Origin: Psilocybe cubensis
Lineage: Eukaryota
Direction of reading: 5' to 3'
Length of the DNA: 64,000 nt
Assembly: GCA_017499595.2 (NCBI GenBank)
Contig: CM039000.1
Coordinates: 372,001-436,000 of the forward strand
The position numbers and the translations under genes are program-made. Under the pieces are notes generated by a model. That model ran no database searches. It saw nothing but the letters and a program-made list of their open reading frames with translations, and was not told where the DNA came from. Below are positions 13,071 through 25,821 of this stretch, one piece after another. Each line of letters begins with the position of its first letter. Position 1 is the stretch's first letter.

Positions 13071-16000
13071 TCACCGAGAAGGAGTGGACGACCCTGATCC
13101 TGATGCACGGTTGTCCTTGTTGTCTAAGACCCCATTGAGTTGACTATTCCTCTTCTGAGCCAGTTCAAGTTGTCTTTGTAGACGACTAAACAGATGGATA
13201 TGAAGCAAGTCAGTTCTGACGCCACGAGCAACAACAGAAAAAACCGTTACGCACCTGACGCTAGCCTCCAACTCTGCAACACGTTCCTTCCCGCCTTGCC
13301 TCTCCCGTTTAATTCGCTCTTCTGCTGCCTTCAATCTGGCCTCATATTCCTTCACACGAGCCTCCCATTTACTGTCGGCAGCCGCGTTCTTTTGATTGAT
13401 CGCAGCGATTTTCTCCTCGGTCGTGATGAGTTGGTTTTGCGCATTGTTCAACCTACGCTCTGCGTTGGCTGCCCGAGTCGCTAGTGAGCGCAACTCCATT
13501 GCGTCACCGCCGCCTGGCCGCTTCATGCTCGCAAGTTGCGAAGCCATCTCGGCGTTGGTTGTCTATGCATACAAACCTGAATACATTGCCCAGAAATAAT
13601 GGACACTGGAAAATCATACCTTGATAGCCTCAAGCTCACCCTCCTTTTGCGCAAACTTGCGCTTCCAGCCAGCCTTCGTCTCAGCGTACGTCTTGAGACT
13701 ACTCTCGAACTTGTCGATCTGCTTCCAGCGCTGGTCAAGCTGCTTGCGCATGTCGTTCAATTTATCGCTGAATTTGCCTTCAATTTCTTTGCATCGCTTG
13801 TCGAAGTCCAGCTGGATCTGGCTAAGGGCTTTCAGGCGGGTAATGAGATTGTCGTGGAATACACCAAAGTTGGTGAATGGTTTTGTTTCAGCCTGGTTTC
13901 CCTTTTTCTGTACGATACAAATGATGTTAGTATTCCCCGGGTCATAGAAGGCAGGAACGACTCACAGGAGTTTTGTCAACACCCAGAATCTTATCAAGAT
14001 ATTGATAAATAGTTAGTAGTAGAGTATTCCTCTCGGTGAGTTGGTCCCGATACTGGACCTCAGCGTTCAACAATGACCGCTGGTCCTTGTTCAACCGTTG
14101 CTCGAGGTCAGCAATCTTTGCTTTATACCCAACAATCTCTGCCTCGGAAGCCTTTAAGTTTGCAATCGACCCGTCGAGCTTCTCGGATAGATTCAATCGC
14201 GCCTGGGTCTGCGCGGCGAGCTGACTCTCCAAATCGCGTTTCTCTGCATGCAAACGGTCTACGACAGAGTCCCGATCACGGTTCTTCGCCTCCCTGTCAT
14301 CGAGTTCCTTTCGTGCACGCGTCAGCTCATCCTCTAGCCGCTCAAGGTCTCGTTTGAGTCGGTCAGTCTCGAGCTGCAGCGAGAAGCGTGTCGTCGTGTG
14401 CGTCTCGCCCAAGCGCTTGCTCTCCGCTTCGAGAGCCTGCAGCGCGCTCTGCACAGCCTGCAGATCGGCCTCCCGTTGTGAAAGTAGACTCTGAGTCCGT
14501 GCGAGGTCGTTCAAAGCAGATTGCAAGGCGGATTCTTTGGCTTCGAGGACGCGTTTTTCGCGCCGCATCGCGGCGTCGTGCTCTTTGTCTGCGGCTTCCA
14601 GATCACCTTCGGCGCGTTCGCGCGCGGTACGTTCTCGCTGGACTTCATCGACGAGATCTTCGATATGCTGAGCCAGTTCCTCCTGCCGTGTGCGATGTGC
14701 GTGAATCTCCTGGCTACACGTCTCGTAATTCTCTGTCATCTGAGCGAGTTCCTCTTTTAGACTGGCAATTTTCTGTTCGTTAATTATTGTCAGCATATGA
14801 AAATCACCTGCGAAAAGGACGTGTTTATACCTCTTTCAAGGCAGCAGACAGTGCCTCCAGCCGTTCCCGCTCCGCCGCCTCATCCTCACGTATCCGCTCG
14901 TGCTCTTCCTTCATACGATCATTTTCATCCTCCAGCTGGTATATCTGCTCCCCGAGCTTGTCAATGGTTTCCTGCAAAGACTCTAGCTCTGAATCCTTCT
15001 GATCAGACTCTTGCTCTAAGTGGGCAAGTGCCGTTTCGAATTTGGCGTGTAGATCATTGGTATTAGCTTCCAGTTCCGAGATATTCACCCGTAGGTCTTT
15101 CGACTCTGCCTCTCGTTCCGCTAGGACCTATGAACTGATGTCAGGCATGTTCCTATGAGTGTGAAAAAGATACTTACATCTCGTAGTTCCTCTACCTGTC
15201 CCCTCGCTTCTTCAACTTCCCCCCGCCATTCATCCTCAACGACCTCCACTATACGCTGATGCTCGCCAACAAGCTCCTCAATTTCTTTATTCTTGAGGTC
15301 GATCTCGTCTTCCTTCTGCTGAAGCTCGATGATCAATGCCGCCAGCTTGTCACGTAAGGCATTCAAATCGTCCTCGACAGCCTCCCTTTCCTCTCGTTCC
15401 TCCAGGATCTGCGCCCTACTTTCGCTACGCTCGATAGACTCTGCCTCTCTACGTCGTTGCACGTCTTCCAGTTCTAGCCTCAGCGCATCCACCTCATCTG
15501 CCAGGTCTTCTTTCTCCTCCTCCCGTTGTGCGAGTGCATCGACGTGTTCTTGCAATTTTGCTCGGAGATCGTCGTTATCCATCTCGAGCTCCTCGATTCT
15601 GCGCTTCATCCGTTCTCTTCGGCTCTCTCCTCCGACGCTACTCTCGTTCGCAGAATCATCCCCTCGCCGCTCGATGACATCCTTCAGTCTGTCGATCTCA
15701 TCCATATTCTCCTCCAGTAGTCCACGCGTGTTCTCGAGCTCATCCTCAAGCTCCGCGTTGCGTGCCTCGAGCTCTCGAAGCACTGAATCGTCGTGTCCTG
15801 ATGTCTTCCGCCTCAACTCCTGTAGCTCCCGCTCCCGCTCCTCGAGTCGTTCCTCCAACTCACGCTCGCGGCCTCTGTTCGATCCTCCACCGCCACTCCG
15901 CTGCAGGCGCTCAAGCTCATGCTCCAGTGACAACACAAGCTTCTTGAGCTTCTTGATCTCCATCCCGCGCTGCTGGACTTCGATCTTGAGATTGATATTC

Positions 16001-16601
16001 TGTTTCAGGGCGGCATCGATCTGGTCTGGCGCCAGCCGCGCTAGCTGCTCCTCCAAAAAGTGCACCCGCAGCTTGATGTTGAAGTTCTCCTTCTTCAAGT
16101 TGTCGATGTGCTGCGGGTCGCCAAAGTAGTTGTTAGTGAGTATGAATGTGTAGGTCATAGTTGAAGTGGAAGCATAAGGGCACGGACCTTTTCCTGGTCT
16201 CGTAGAGTCAGCGGTGCCCCTTTCCCTTCTCCTTTCGAGCGTTTCGAGCGAGAGACAGCCCCTGGTGTCTCAGGTGCGTCGGTCCACCGCTTCTTCTCTG
16301 CACTTGGGGTGTCCAGCACATCGCCGTCCCCTCCCATCGGTTCGTCCCCGTCGTCGTTGAGCATATCCAGGCGTGAAGATAGCGAGGTGGCCGGGTCGTC
16401 CCCTTTTCGTCGAAAAGCTGATGCATTGGGCGGCGAGGGTGTTGAAAGTGGTGCTGAAGACTGCGCCGTCGTTCGAGAAGATGTTGAAGGAACTCGTAGA
16501 CCAGTTCGCCCGGGAATCGATGAGAAGCTGGCGAATGATCCCAGTGACAATTCATGCTGCGAGCTCGACAAGTCTGGGTGTACTGTCAACGCCGCAGACA
16601 T
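13071..16601 (-). CDS. apsB: ApsB/Mto1 (centrosomin-like gamma-tubulin complex recruiter)
   Basis: CM1/Cnn_1N motif LTLRDQEK|HIDNLKKENFNIKLRVHFLEE, a long coiled coil, and a C-terminal Mto2-binding-like segment KWEARVKEYEARLKAAEERIKRERQGGKERVAELE. Multi-exon. Confidence 0.85.
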
Positions 16602-17849
16602 TTCCGAACTTTAATAGGAGGTCTTGTTCTAAACCAGCCTAGTTTCGATATGACAAGTAGAAGTTTATCGTAAATTCGTGGGGTAATTTGTATAACTGTG
16701 ATTTCAGGGATGTAACAAAAGACCACTGAAGTTCTGCCTGTTTTCAGAACAATGGAAATTAGTATGTTTTCGCTATGTTGTGCAAGCAAAGTTTTAAACA
16801 GTGATTTTCATACCTTATTGGCGACCTAGATTGAAGAAAATTTATCCTCTTGTTGGATTACACGGACTGGGATTTCTCTATGACCTATCTGAGCATTCCA
16901 ACGACTCAGACGAAACAATTTCGAACGTCAAGAGCCCAAACGCAGTGAACCGTAGTGAACACAACAAACGAGGTATGTGAGCTCGTGACCGTCGCGTGTT
17001 TGCGATTATCAGCGTCACGTGCTCGGCATCATATTTGATTCATTCATAGACTCCGTCAACTTTTTTCTTAAGCCTCCCTCTGTTCCAACTCCAACTCTGT
17101 TCCATCGCTCATTTTGAAAGCCGTATTCATCGAAACCTTCTTGGATCTTCTATCACTGCTTTGGTACTGATATCTCTAATCATGCTGAGATCTAAAACTG
17201 GTAGATACCTCACGTTCTGTTCAAGTTGAATTGAATCTAAATGCCTGCGATGAACGACGTTGAACTCAAGGCTATTCTCTTGCAATGATTTACGAAATCG
17301 GATGTTGAATTCGTATCGTGTGGTTGGTAGGATGATGGCTATTGTTTAGATTCTGTAACTATCCAGTCACCACAACCCCCATGACAAACTTGGATTCTGC
17401 ATAACTCTCTGTCTACCTGTGCATGCCGGGTCAGCGTTTACTGTTTCCAATCTCCTATGTTTATTCTCATCTATGTCTTCTATATCTCCTCTGACCCCTC
17501 GGAACGAGTCATCAAGTTTTTCAAAGCACTTTGGACTGAAAATACTGCCCCCGTCAATTGGAAGCGACATTCAAATAAAAATGTATGTGTAAGTTTATAC
17601 CCTTGAACGTCAAATGTTCGATATTCAATCTACCATCGCGCCCAACCCTCATTTTACTCAAGTTCGGCGAACCGACACTGGCAATTGATCGTGTTTTTAA
17701 AACGATTATGATATGTCAAGGTACATAAACTATATATACAACCCTCTCCCTTTGAAGTGCGAATCTCCTGATGTTTCGTACTTTGTGATTAGTAAGTCAG
17801 AATGACCTTGCATTCGATGCAAATGTTGAACAACGTACAACACTCACTT

Positions 17850-18838
17850 CTGCCGACATCATTAGCATCAGCATCTCGTTTCCATCTTGTCGTCACTTTG
17901 TCGACCCATAGCTATCCTATACTGACGCATAGCTTTCCTGCTATATCCAGGAGCTGGGTCCATTTCCAGTATTTTCTTCCAAAGCTTAGACCGAGTTAAT
18001 GAGACTGGGGCATATATACATATGCTAAGGTACGCACCTGGGCAAACGATATCCCCGGATTATCTTTGAGGAATTCGTGAACAGCTGGTGGGACGTCAAT
18101 GCACCGATAGGGTACATGCTTTTCCTTATGTTGCACACTGACTTCAACCACATGCAATTCCTGATAAACGGTCATAAAAAGCCATCCGTGACATTGAAAA
18201 GTTTGCATAGAGGGCTTTCTGCGTTCTTTTATACTCTCGCAATCCTTATTGGTTCGCTGGCGTGAGTACATCTGTGCGCAGTAGTATCGGAACTTCGAGG
18301 ACAACGACAGTTTGTGCATGTAGAAGCTGTGGTAACTATTTTCGGGTTAATGTCTGTTCAATTAAAAAGGTAATGGGACGTACATGAACCGATACCCGGA
18401 GCATTCCCAAATCGCCTTCGCAACTTTGTCGGCCATGTCGCGAGAACTTGACGCTTCCGTCCCAGATACGTTCACTTTCGCGGTGACTACGTCGATTTTG
18501 CCTCCAGTTTTCAACAACGTTTGAACGAAGGCATCAAGCTTGACAATTTTCATGCCTTGGAACAAAGCACTGTCCTCATATTCGAGTGGGGGACTCAGTA
18601 TCCGGTCATCTGAGCCTTCTTCTGAAGCCTGCGTAAGATTCTCCTTATTTGCATTCCTGAGTCTAAGTTTGTTCAAACGAGCTTTCTTTTTCTTGTCCAG
18701 GCATTCGCCACATGTCTTGAATAAATTTCCATCGGCACGAGCCTTGAAGTGTTCTTCTCCAACTGATTTCATGGTGTGGCACGAATTGCATCTTTGAAAC
18801 TCCGAAATCGGCACCTGGGCAGTTGAGGACGCGTCCAT
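17850..18838 (-). pseudogene. Truncated or degenerate Mutator-like (MULE) transposase-related ORF, N-terminal Zn-finger part
   Basis: CxxC...CxxC, then AKAIWECSGYRF|Y..YYCAQ..FQCHGWL..H...HVPY..IDVP..|LWKKIL. WKRD appears after an apparent frameshift and no DDE domain follows. The family assignment is from recall of similar Agaricomycete proteins, not from a search. Confidence 0.45.
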
Positions 18839-19237
18839 GATGGATTTTGGGAGGCTTTGACGCGTGTTGTAAGGACATAGACGCGGTTTCTTCGCGAGGT
18901 TGACAGTGAGAGAAATAAAGAAAGGATTTGCTGCACCGGCGTGACATTCCGTCCTTTGTATTCTGTGGCCCTGTTTCATGATTATCTTTCAATGCTGGAG
19001 AGTAGAGATTAGATTCTCCCTCAAGCTCAAGTGCCCAGGGGGAGTCTTGGCATCATAGCTGAAAAACGAACATTCTGTGCGGCCACCGAAATTGCCGAAA
19101 TCACACTTAGAAGAATAGTCCAGACCATTTATTCAGCAGGCAAAATTCATTTAGATAGAAATTTCTACCATCAAGAGTAAAAGTGAGATAAAAATTTATC
19201 TATTGGTAGGTACAACTACAAGCCCACTAGAATCTAT

Positions 19238-20427
19238 TTAATTATGCAGCAAGTTTCGAGTACAGCAGAAGAATGTATTAGAATATGGTACGCTCCCATC
19301 CCGCAAAGTAGTGATCTGTTCAGAAAGAATTTTCATCTCATCGCGAAGCTCTCGCAACCTCTCTTCGAGCTCGCCTGCATTTTCTTCCTCAGTTGTAGCC
19401 ATGGCGCATGTCATGTCCAGTACGGTTGACTGTAGCGCAAGAACCTGCTGAAGAGTCGTCTTCAAATGCTTTCCGGCTTCTGTAGCCGGAAGGAGTTTTT
19501 TCTGTATCACCAACTCTTTTTGAAGTTGGAGAATGAACTTCCTTGTTAAGCCTCGAAGGACGTGGTCGATTATTGATCGAGCAGATCGATAATTTCGCTT
19601 GAAACCCAGAACTGTAGCCCCGGCGTCAATGAGGTCTCTCCAGTGTTCCGATCTTAGTTCATACTCGTATTTGCTGGCAATTTGAGGATGGAGCTTTTCT
19701 CCCTTGGTCATAACGATAACCACCTGTGAGAATGCTTCTCTACCACATAGACGCCTAAATAGCTCAAGGTTTTTTCGAACGCTGCCGGTGAAGCGGTCCT
19801 GGGAAATATCATGAAGATAAAGAACACCAGCAACTGTCTTCCTCTCTTCATACCTTCAGTAATGTCTGCGTTTTAGCTGAAAGAACACCTCAGTATTAGA
19901 AATAGCATGCTTACGATTTCTTTAACCAGGTTGCAATCTTTCTTAACACCTGCACGTCCTCGGTACATGTGTCATCGAAGCCAGGTGTGTCAACAACCAT
20001 TACAGAGCGGTCCTTTATAGCCATGGGGTATAGTATGCGGGGGTCATCCAGGGATTTTATTTTGACCGGCGTAATTTCACGAGTGCAGGAGCGTAGACCT
20101 TTCCCAACACCCAAAAGACCCTGGCCGTTTGCTTCCGCCCCCGAACGCTCAACTTCTAGAATAGTGTTGATAAACTAAACTCGATAGATTGGCGGTTAGC
20201 TATACAGCTCAGTCTCTTGGTACATACAGTACTTTTTCCTGTTCCCGTAGGGCCTATCACTCTGAAATACCATTTAAATGTTATGAATTTCATCAGAGGA
20301 TGTCCAGTACATACGGTATTACGATATCTCCAGCAGTGAAAAATCTGTGCGGCTCCACTCCCTCATTCGTAGACCTTGGGCTGGCGCTCGCCACTCGGGG
20401 GTGCAAAAATCTCTCCAGTAGGCGCAT
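19238..20427 (-). CDS. P-loop GTPase (MMR_HSR1/AIG1-like G domain) with C-terminal coiled coil, paralog 1
   Basis: Spliced G1 GPTGTGKST, G2 region GKGLRSCT, G3 DTPGFDD, GVLYLHDIS and G4-like TKG. Four exons; start codon uncertain. Confidence 0.85.
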
Positions 20428-21649
20428 TAAAGAAGAAGGGAAGTCAGGGCCTCGAGTCAGCAAAACTAGCCAGATAAAGGTCAGCTTCATGGGAACTGTA
20501 TAAAGCACGCTGCTTCCATTAGTCAGAGAAAATTTGTATATCATTTCAAAATCTTATATTTGTACCTATGCCCATTAAGTTTCAGGGAACTTCAAAGTGC
20601 CAAAATGGCGTTACAATAAATTGTAAGGCTTGACTAGTATTTCTGAGAATCAGCCATCATGTAAACAAAGTCCAAAGATTGTCTACGTATTCAATGTGGT
20701 TGTCGTTTGTGGAGCGACTGAAAACTCAACGGTCGCTGTACTTCCTTCATGAACGTGCTATTAATGAGCTTATACGCCTGCTGTACGTCTGGATCAAATG
20801 GTTTGATGCAGTTCTGCTCACACGTGGCAAACATGTGCACTGAATGCAGCGGGGAGAAGCCGAATACGTGGCCTTCATTATCGCACGCAGTCATAATCAC
20901 AATCATTATCTTCCCAACACGTCATGGCCGCTCAGGAGCCCAAACGTTACACGGCCGTTCACTTCAGATTCTACCTTCGATTGGACTCGTATATAGGGGA
21001 GGGCTTTCACCAAATAATAAGTAGACTACGTGGAGTAAGAAGGTTCTCCTTACAACGATGTATAATAAAATTTCTATTATTGTTAATTGTGCTACTGTCT
21101 AGATGCATAGCAATAGGATGAGTAAAATATTGGGATCCCGTCGACTGCGGCGATTATAAATTGGACTATACAGAAGGCCAATTGACCTACTATCATTGAC
21201 CAGACGTTCGGTTTGACCACTGATTCGGTTTACCCACCTTTCCGTGCTCCGTTTCTTCTGGAAATTGAAATTTAAGCTTTAGTGTATGGGTTATACATAA
21301 TCCTACTTTTTTTTGACCAGAAACAATGCAGAAATGAGCAAAATGAATGAGTGCTAAAAAATTGATTGTTTTGCAACGCCGACAATGCCATCAAAACGAA
21401 TGAAAGGGCGGCATGTCGGCGCATTGCGTTTCACGTGCAATCAACAGGGTTGTGTTCGGAGTTGAAAATATTACTGATGATCAGTCATCAAAACGAATCA
21501 GTGGTCAAACCGAACGTCTGTGTTTCATGCGCTATTCCAGCATGGGTTGTATTACTATCTAAAATTGGCTTTATACAGTAAACTCAATTGGATTCGCGGT
21601 AGATCCGTCGAGAAGACAATGAATCTATTCAATTACTCTTTTGAAACTG

Positions 21650-22785
21650 CTAGAACAAATTTGACAAGCGCTGGAAAAAAGCTTTGAGTGGGGAGGGTTT
21701 GCGCAATGCAGCAACTTGGGCTGAGAGTAGCTTGACCGTCTCCTCCATAACTTTGAGCGTCTCTGGGTCGACGTTATATACACTGGACTTCGAAAGCAAA
21801 TCTTGCGAGCGCTCCAATACGTCTTTCAACGCCAACTTCAGCTTCCTGCCCGCATCGGTGTCTGGGAGAAGCTTGTGGTCCTCTGCAACTTCTTTTTGAA
21901 GCTGGAGTATGAATTTCTGCGTGAACTCCGTGAGGATGTAATCCACGACTGAGCGAGCGGATTCATAGTCGTTGTCAAAACTTCGGATGGTCACTCCCGC
22001 CTCCACCAAATCTTTCCAAAAACTATTTCGCATCTCTTGATCGTATCGCTCAACCCTGTCAGGAAACGCCTTCTCTCCTTTGGTCTCTACCATCACTATA
22101 CTTGAGAACGCTTGTCGCCCGCATAAGCTTTTGAACACATCGAGATTCTTGGCTGCGCTTCCGGGGAAGCGGTCCAAGGATATGTCGTGAAGGTAAATAA
22201 CTCCTGCGATTACATGTTGGTCATTGTATCTTGCGATAAGATTAGCCTCGATCTATCTGAGAGTGTTTATTGATAATGCTTACGATTCCTTGAGCCAATC
22301 AGCAATTTTTTGCAATATTTCAAAATCATCCCGATAGGTATCGTCAAAACCTGGAGTGTCGACAAGAACGACCGAGTGATCTAGCATCTGCTGCATGCGA
22401 ACGAGGTCCATAGGGGATTTGATACAAGACGCCTGTACATCCTTTGTGCAGGAAACAAGGCCATGTCCAACCTCCATAAGACAAGGTTTCATCGATGAGC
22501 TGTCTATCTCATCGAACTCTTTTGCAACAATGGCGTTGATAAACTGAAGTTGCGCATAGTAATTAAAATCGTTTAAGCATCTGGTGATAAAAACATCTAC
22601 TCACAGTACTCTTTCCAACTCCTGTGGGACCCATTACCCTTAAATCTATCGTTAGAATTTCCAGGCCAGATTGAAACGAAATCAACACACGGTATAACAA
22701 TGTTTCTAATATTCAAAAGCTTCTCCAATTCCCCTTGGTCCCTGATGGTAGAAGCGATCTTCGGTTTGCTGAACACTTTTTGCAT
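21650..22785 (-). CDS. P-loop GTPase (MMR_HSR1/AIG1-like), paralog 2
   Basis: G1 MGPTGVGKST, GHGLVSCT, DTPGFDD, GVIYLHDIS and TKG. Same three intron positions as paralog 1. Confidence 0.87.
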
Positions 22786-23343
22786 GATTGGAAGCGAGGT
22801 GCGCTTTAAGTGTGCCGAAACAAAATGTACCAGTCGCGACCTTACACAAGTATTTGGTGACTTATAAGTATTCACGGTCATTAACACGTCGATGTAGAAT
22901 GTGTTTGACATGAGGCAAATGAATGCCGCACATGCCCCGACTAAAATAGTTCCAGACACACTATACAGTGTTATTATCATTGGCTGATAATCTGGTGTGA
23001 GTATAGCCCATTGCCAGTGACGGTACTGCTTCATTGAACTTTGCTAAATATTGTGTCGTTAGTCACTATATCACATTTTCAAAACCTCCGCATGCAGCAA
23101 TCTCGGTGGCTTTAAAAGCTACCCAAAGTCTTGTCCGCTTTGTGAATGCCCTTGTCGAGTGGGGCACATTGAGAAGTCACTGTCTGGTAAGTTGGAATAA
23201 TCCAATAAGTCACAACTTAACAACTAAAAGTGGTTGTACATCAAGGTGCAGACATAAAAAACGAGTGTAAGTCATAAAAGTAAAAGATGATTATGTATGC
23301 TAAAAATTGCTACCCTTGGGCTTTGGATTAACTTCTTCGGACT

Positions 23344-23943
23344 CAAACAGCGGTGCGAGTTCTCAAGTCCTAGCAATCTCCGGGCCGGTCCAAGCGGCAG
23401 AACCTTGATCGAGAAGACCTTGACCGATGACCGGGTTGACATGCTGGCAGCTCTCTCACTGTCAGTACCAAAAATCAGTGCTTGATGCCCTTTGCGAACT
23501 ATGTTATTTATAAATTAACACGAGTGTAAACACGTTTGCGCTGCTGTCACCTTCTTATCACTGTGCATTGCCTTTAATTCACACTCGTACCGTTCAAGTA
23601 CGGACCTAAACAGGTTTTCCCATTCACCGCTCCCCACAAGGAACCCAGCTACCCTTAACTTCTCCGGACTCTTTACGTCTGGTGACAAACAGCGGTGCAA
23701 CTATACAAATCCTAGCAATCTCCGGGCCGGTCCAAGCAACAGAACCTTGATCGGGAAGACCTTGATCGTTGATGGGGTTGACATGCTGGCAGCTCTCTCA
23801 GCACCGCTTGATGCCCTTAGCGAACTATGTTACGAACACGAGTGTAACACGTTTGCGCTGCTGTCACCTTTGCCTTTAATTCACACTCGTACCCTTCAAG
23901 TACGGACCTAACAGCTTTTCCCATTCACCGCTCCCCACAAGGA
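23344..23943. repeat. Imperfect tandem duplication (copies ~23344-23642 and ~23686-23943)
   Basis: Shared blocks such as TCCTAGCAATCTCCGGGCCGGTCCAAGC, GGGTTGACATGCTGGCAGCTCTCTCA and TTTTCCCATTCACCGCTCCCCACAAGG. Copy 2 carries small deletions. Confidence 0.92.
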
Positions 23944-24054
23944 CCAAACGATTGCTTACAAGTTTGTAAATAAGCACTTGAGGTATACACGGCTGTAATG
24001 CTTTTTTAGTATCGTACTTTGGGCTAATGGACAGAAATATACTCCTCTAGGTCC

Positions 24055-25063
24055 ATGGGTACATCAGTCAATGGGAGTGGCCCCATTCTAGCTGAAGATG
24101 AGAACATTCGAAATTTTCTGCAGAAATATCCAGAAAATGTCGATGTTCATGTTGTGTACGTATATTGTAAATTCCCCAATACTTTGTCTCATGGTAATTC
24201 ATAGCATAATGGGTCGATCGGGGGTTGGAAAAAGCGAAGTATGTCCTGGGTGACGAGGTTTTAAAGCTGTCCTTGTCTAACTTGAAGTGCGCTGCACCAG
24301 TTCATCAACGAGGTTTTGAGAGAGGAGTATGGTCACAACCTCAAGCCCGAACAACTCATGAAAGTAGAGCACACTCTAAGAAGATGCACTACCGAAGTTC
24401 GGACAGCAGGTCTTCGAAAGACCTCTGAAGGACGGCGTATAGTCCTCGTCGACACCCCTGGGTTGGATGGCGTCATTAATGGCAATGAAGATCAAGCTCC
24501 GCCCATTGAGACGGTAGCCAATTGGCTCAGAGACATGTACGTGGGGATTACCATAATGTCATGGAATCATGTTAATATTCAACTTCCTTTCAAGTCACAC
24601 GGCCAATCTCTTACTAGCTGGGATTATCTGGCTCTTCGATATATCTCAGAACGCATTATGCCTTGAAGACTATGAATGTCTTCGCACTCTGCAGGAATTG
24701 TGCGGAGCTGATTCGCTCAGCAGGATACTCATCGCGACAACAAAATGGGAAAAAGAACGCGGCGAACAAACGGAGAAAATCATGTCACTGGAGAAGTTCC
24801 TCGAGCCAATAACAAAAGCTGGAGCGAAATTTGTCCAGGGAAAGTGCCCTGCCAGGGATATCATTGCTAAATCCCTCGCAGGGCATAACTCCGGTGCAGT
24901 TCTTCAAATTCAGGACGAAATGGGTGTAAAACGGAAACCATTTTCGAAAACTATCGTCGGGGCCTCTTATCTTCGAACCCACAAACCAGCCAGTTCAGAC
25001 AGAGCGAGTGGTGCTTACGCTTGGTTTCGTAGATTGTTTACCATGGGAAGGTTTGGAAAATGA
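24055..25063 (+). CDS. P-loop GTPase (MMR_HSR1/AIG1-like), paralog 3 (divergent, inverted)
   Basis: G1 IMGRSGVGKS, HTLRRCT, G3 DTPGLD, GIIWLFDIS and G4 TTKW. Same intron layout as paralogs 1 and 2. Confidence 0.85.
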
Positions 25064-25167
25064 TCTATATAAACACATCTCCGTGCTGTCTCATCTCGGG
25101 GAATACTATTATTTGGTTGGTACAGTGTCAAAAACGTATTAGAGAATAACACGCTCCGTATTTGAAA

Positions 25168-25821
25168 CTAAGAGTCACTAAGTGGTCGAGGATTTAAGAT
25201 GGCAGTACCGCAGAAGAAATGGCGGCGGGGTTCCCGGGCATCAATCTATCGAATTCCAACCAGGTCAAATAAGCACTGCGCATAATGGGAAGTTCAAAAA
25301 ATACTAACTTCAGATTGTTCCAATTCCCGAGCATTCACATCATCAGCATCAAACATGCCAATGTCGAATCTTTCCTCTAGCTCGTCGTAGTATCGAGCAT
25401 CCAACTCCTCGAGCCAATCGTAGTAATCCCTCGCCTCATAAGCATCCGCTTCGTCCAGGTAGATCGGCTCCGGCTCTCGTCGCTTTTGATCCTGAGCATC
25501 GTCTCCGTACCGGGTGACAAACTCAAGCGCCGCATCGTCGAAGTATTCTCGCTCGTAAAGGTCCTCCTCGTCAAAGAGTTCCCTGAGATGGACGTTCATG
25601 TCACCCGCGCCACGCGCCTCCACGCCGCCGGGTCCTTCAAATTTGGACAGCGCACTGCGAGACTCAAGGGCTAAGAATCCTTCGGTGGTCTTATGTCGTT
25701 GGTATTAGGATGATGCTTCCAAACGGACTAAACAGCAATGTGGTGCAATGCTTACCATGGCGGTGACCAACCCTCCATAGACTGCAATAGCCAAAAACAC
25801 AGATATGGGTGAGAAGAGCAT
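25168..25821 (-). CDS. Secreted acidic-repeat prepropeptide (Kex2-processed-repeat-like), 174 aa
   Basis: Exons 25756-25821, 25309-25689 and 25168-25245 with phase-0 GT-AG introns. Signal peptide MLFSPISVFLAIAVYGGLVTA, Arg-terminated acidic repeats and C-terminal RR-HFFCGTAILNPRPLSDS. Confidence 0.82.

Noticed and set aside
15329-16129. 266-aa Ser-rich ORF on the + strand
   Set aside because: Antisense shadow of the Glu/Arg-rich coiled-coil exon of apsB.
20691-21024. Short ORFs between GTPases 1 and 2
   Set aside because: They are interrupted by stops and have no recognisable motif. A decayed fragment is possible but unsupported.
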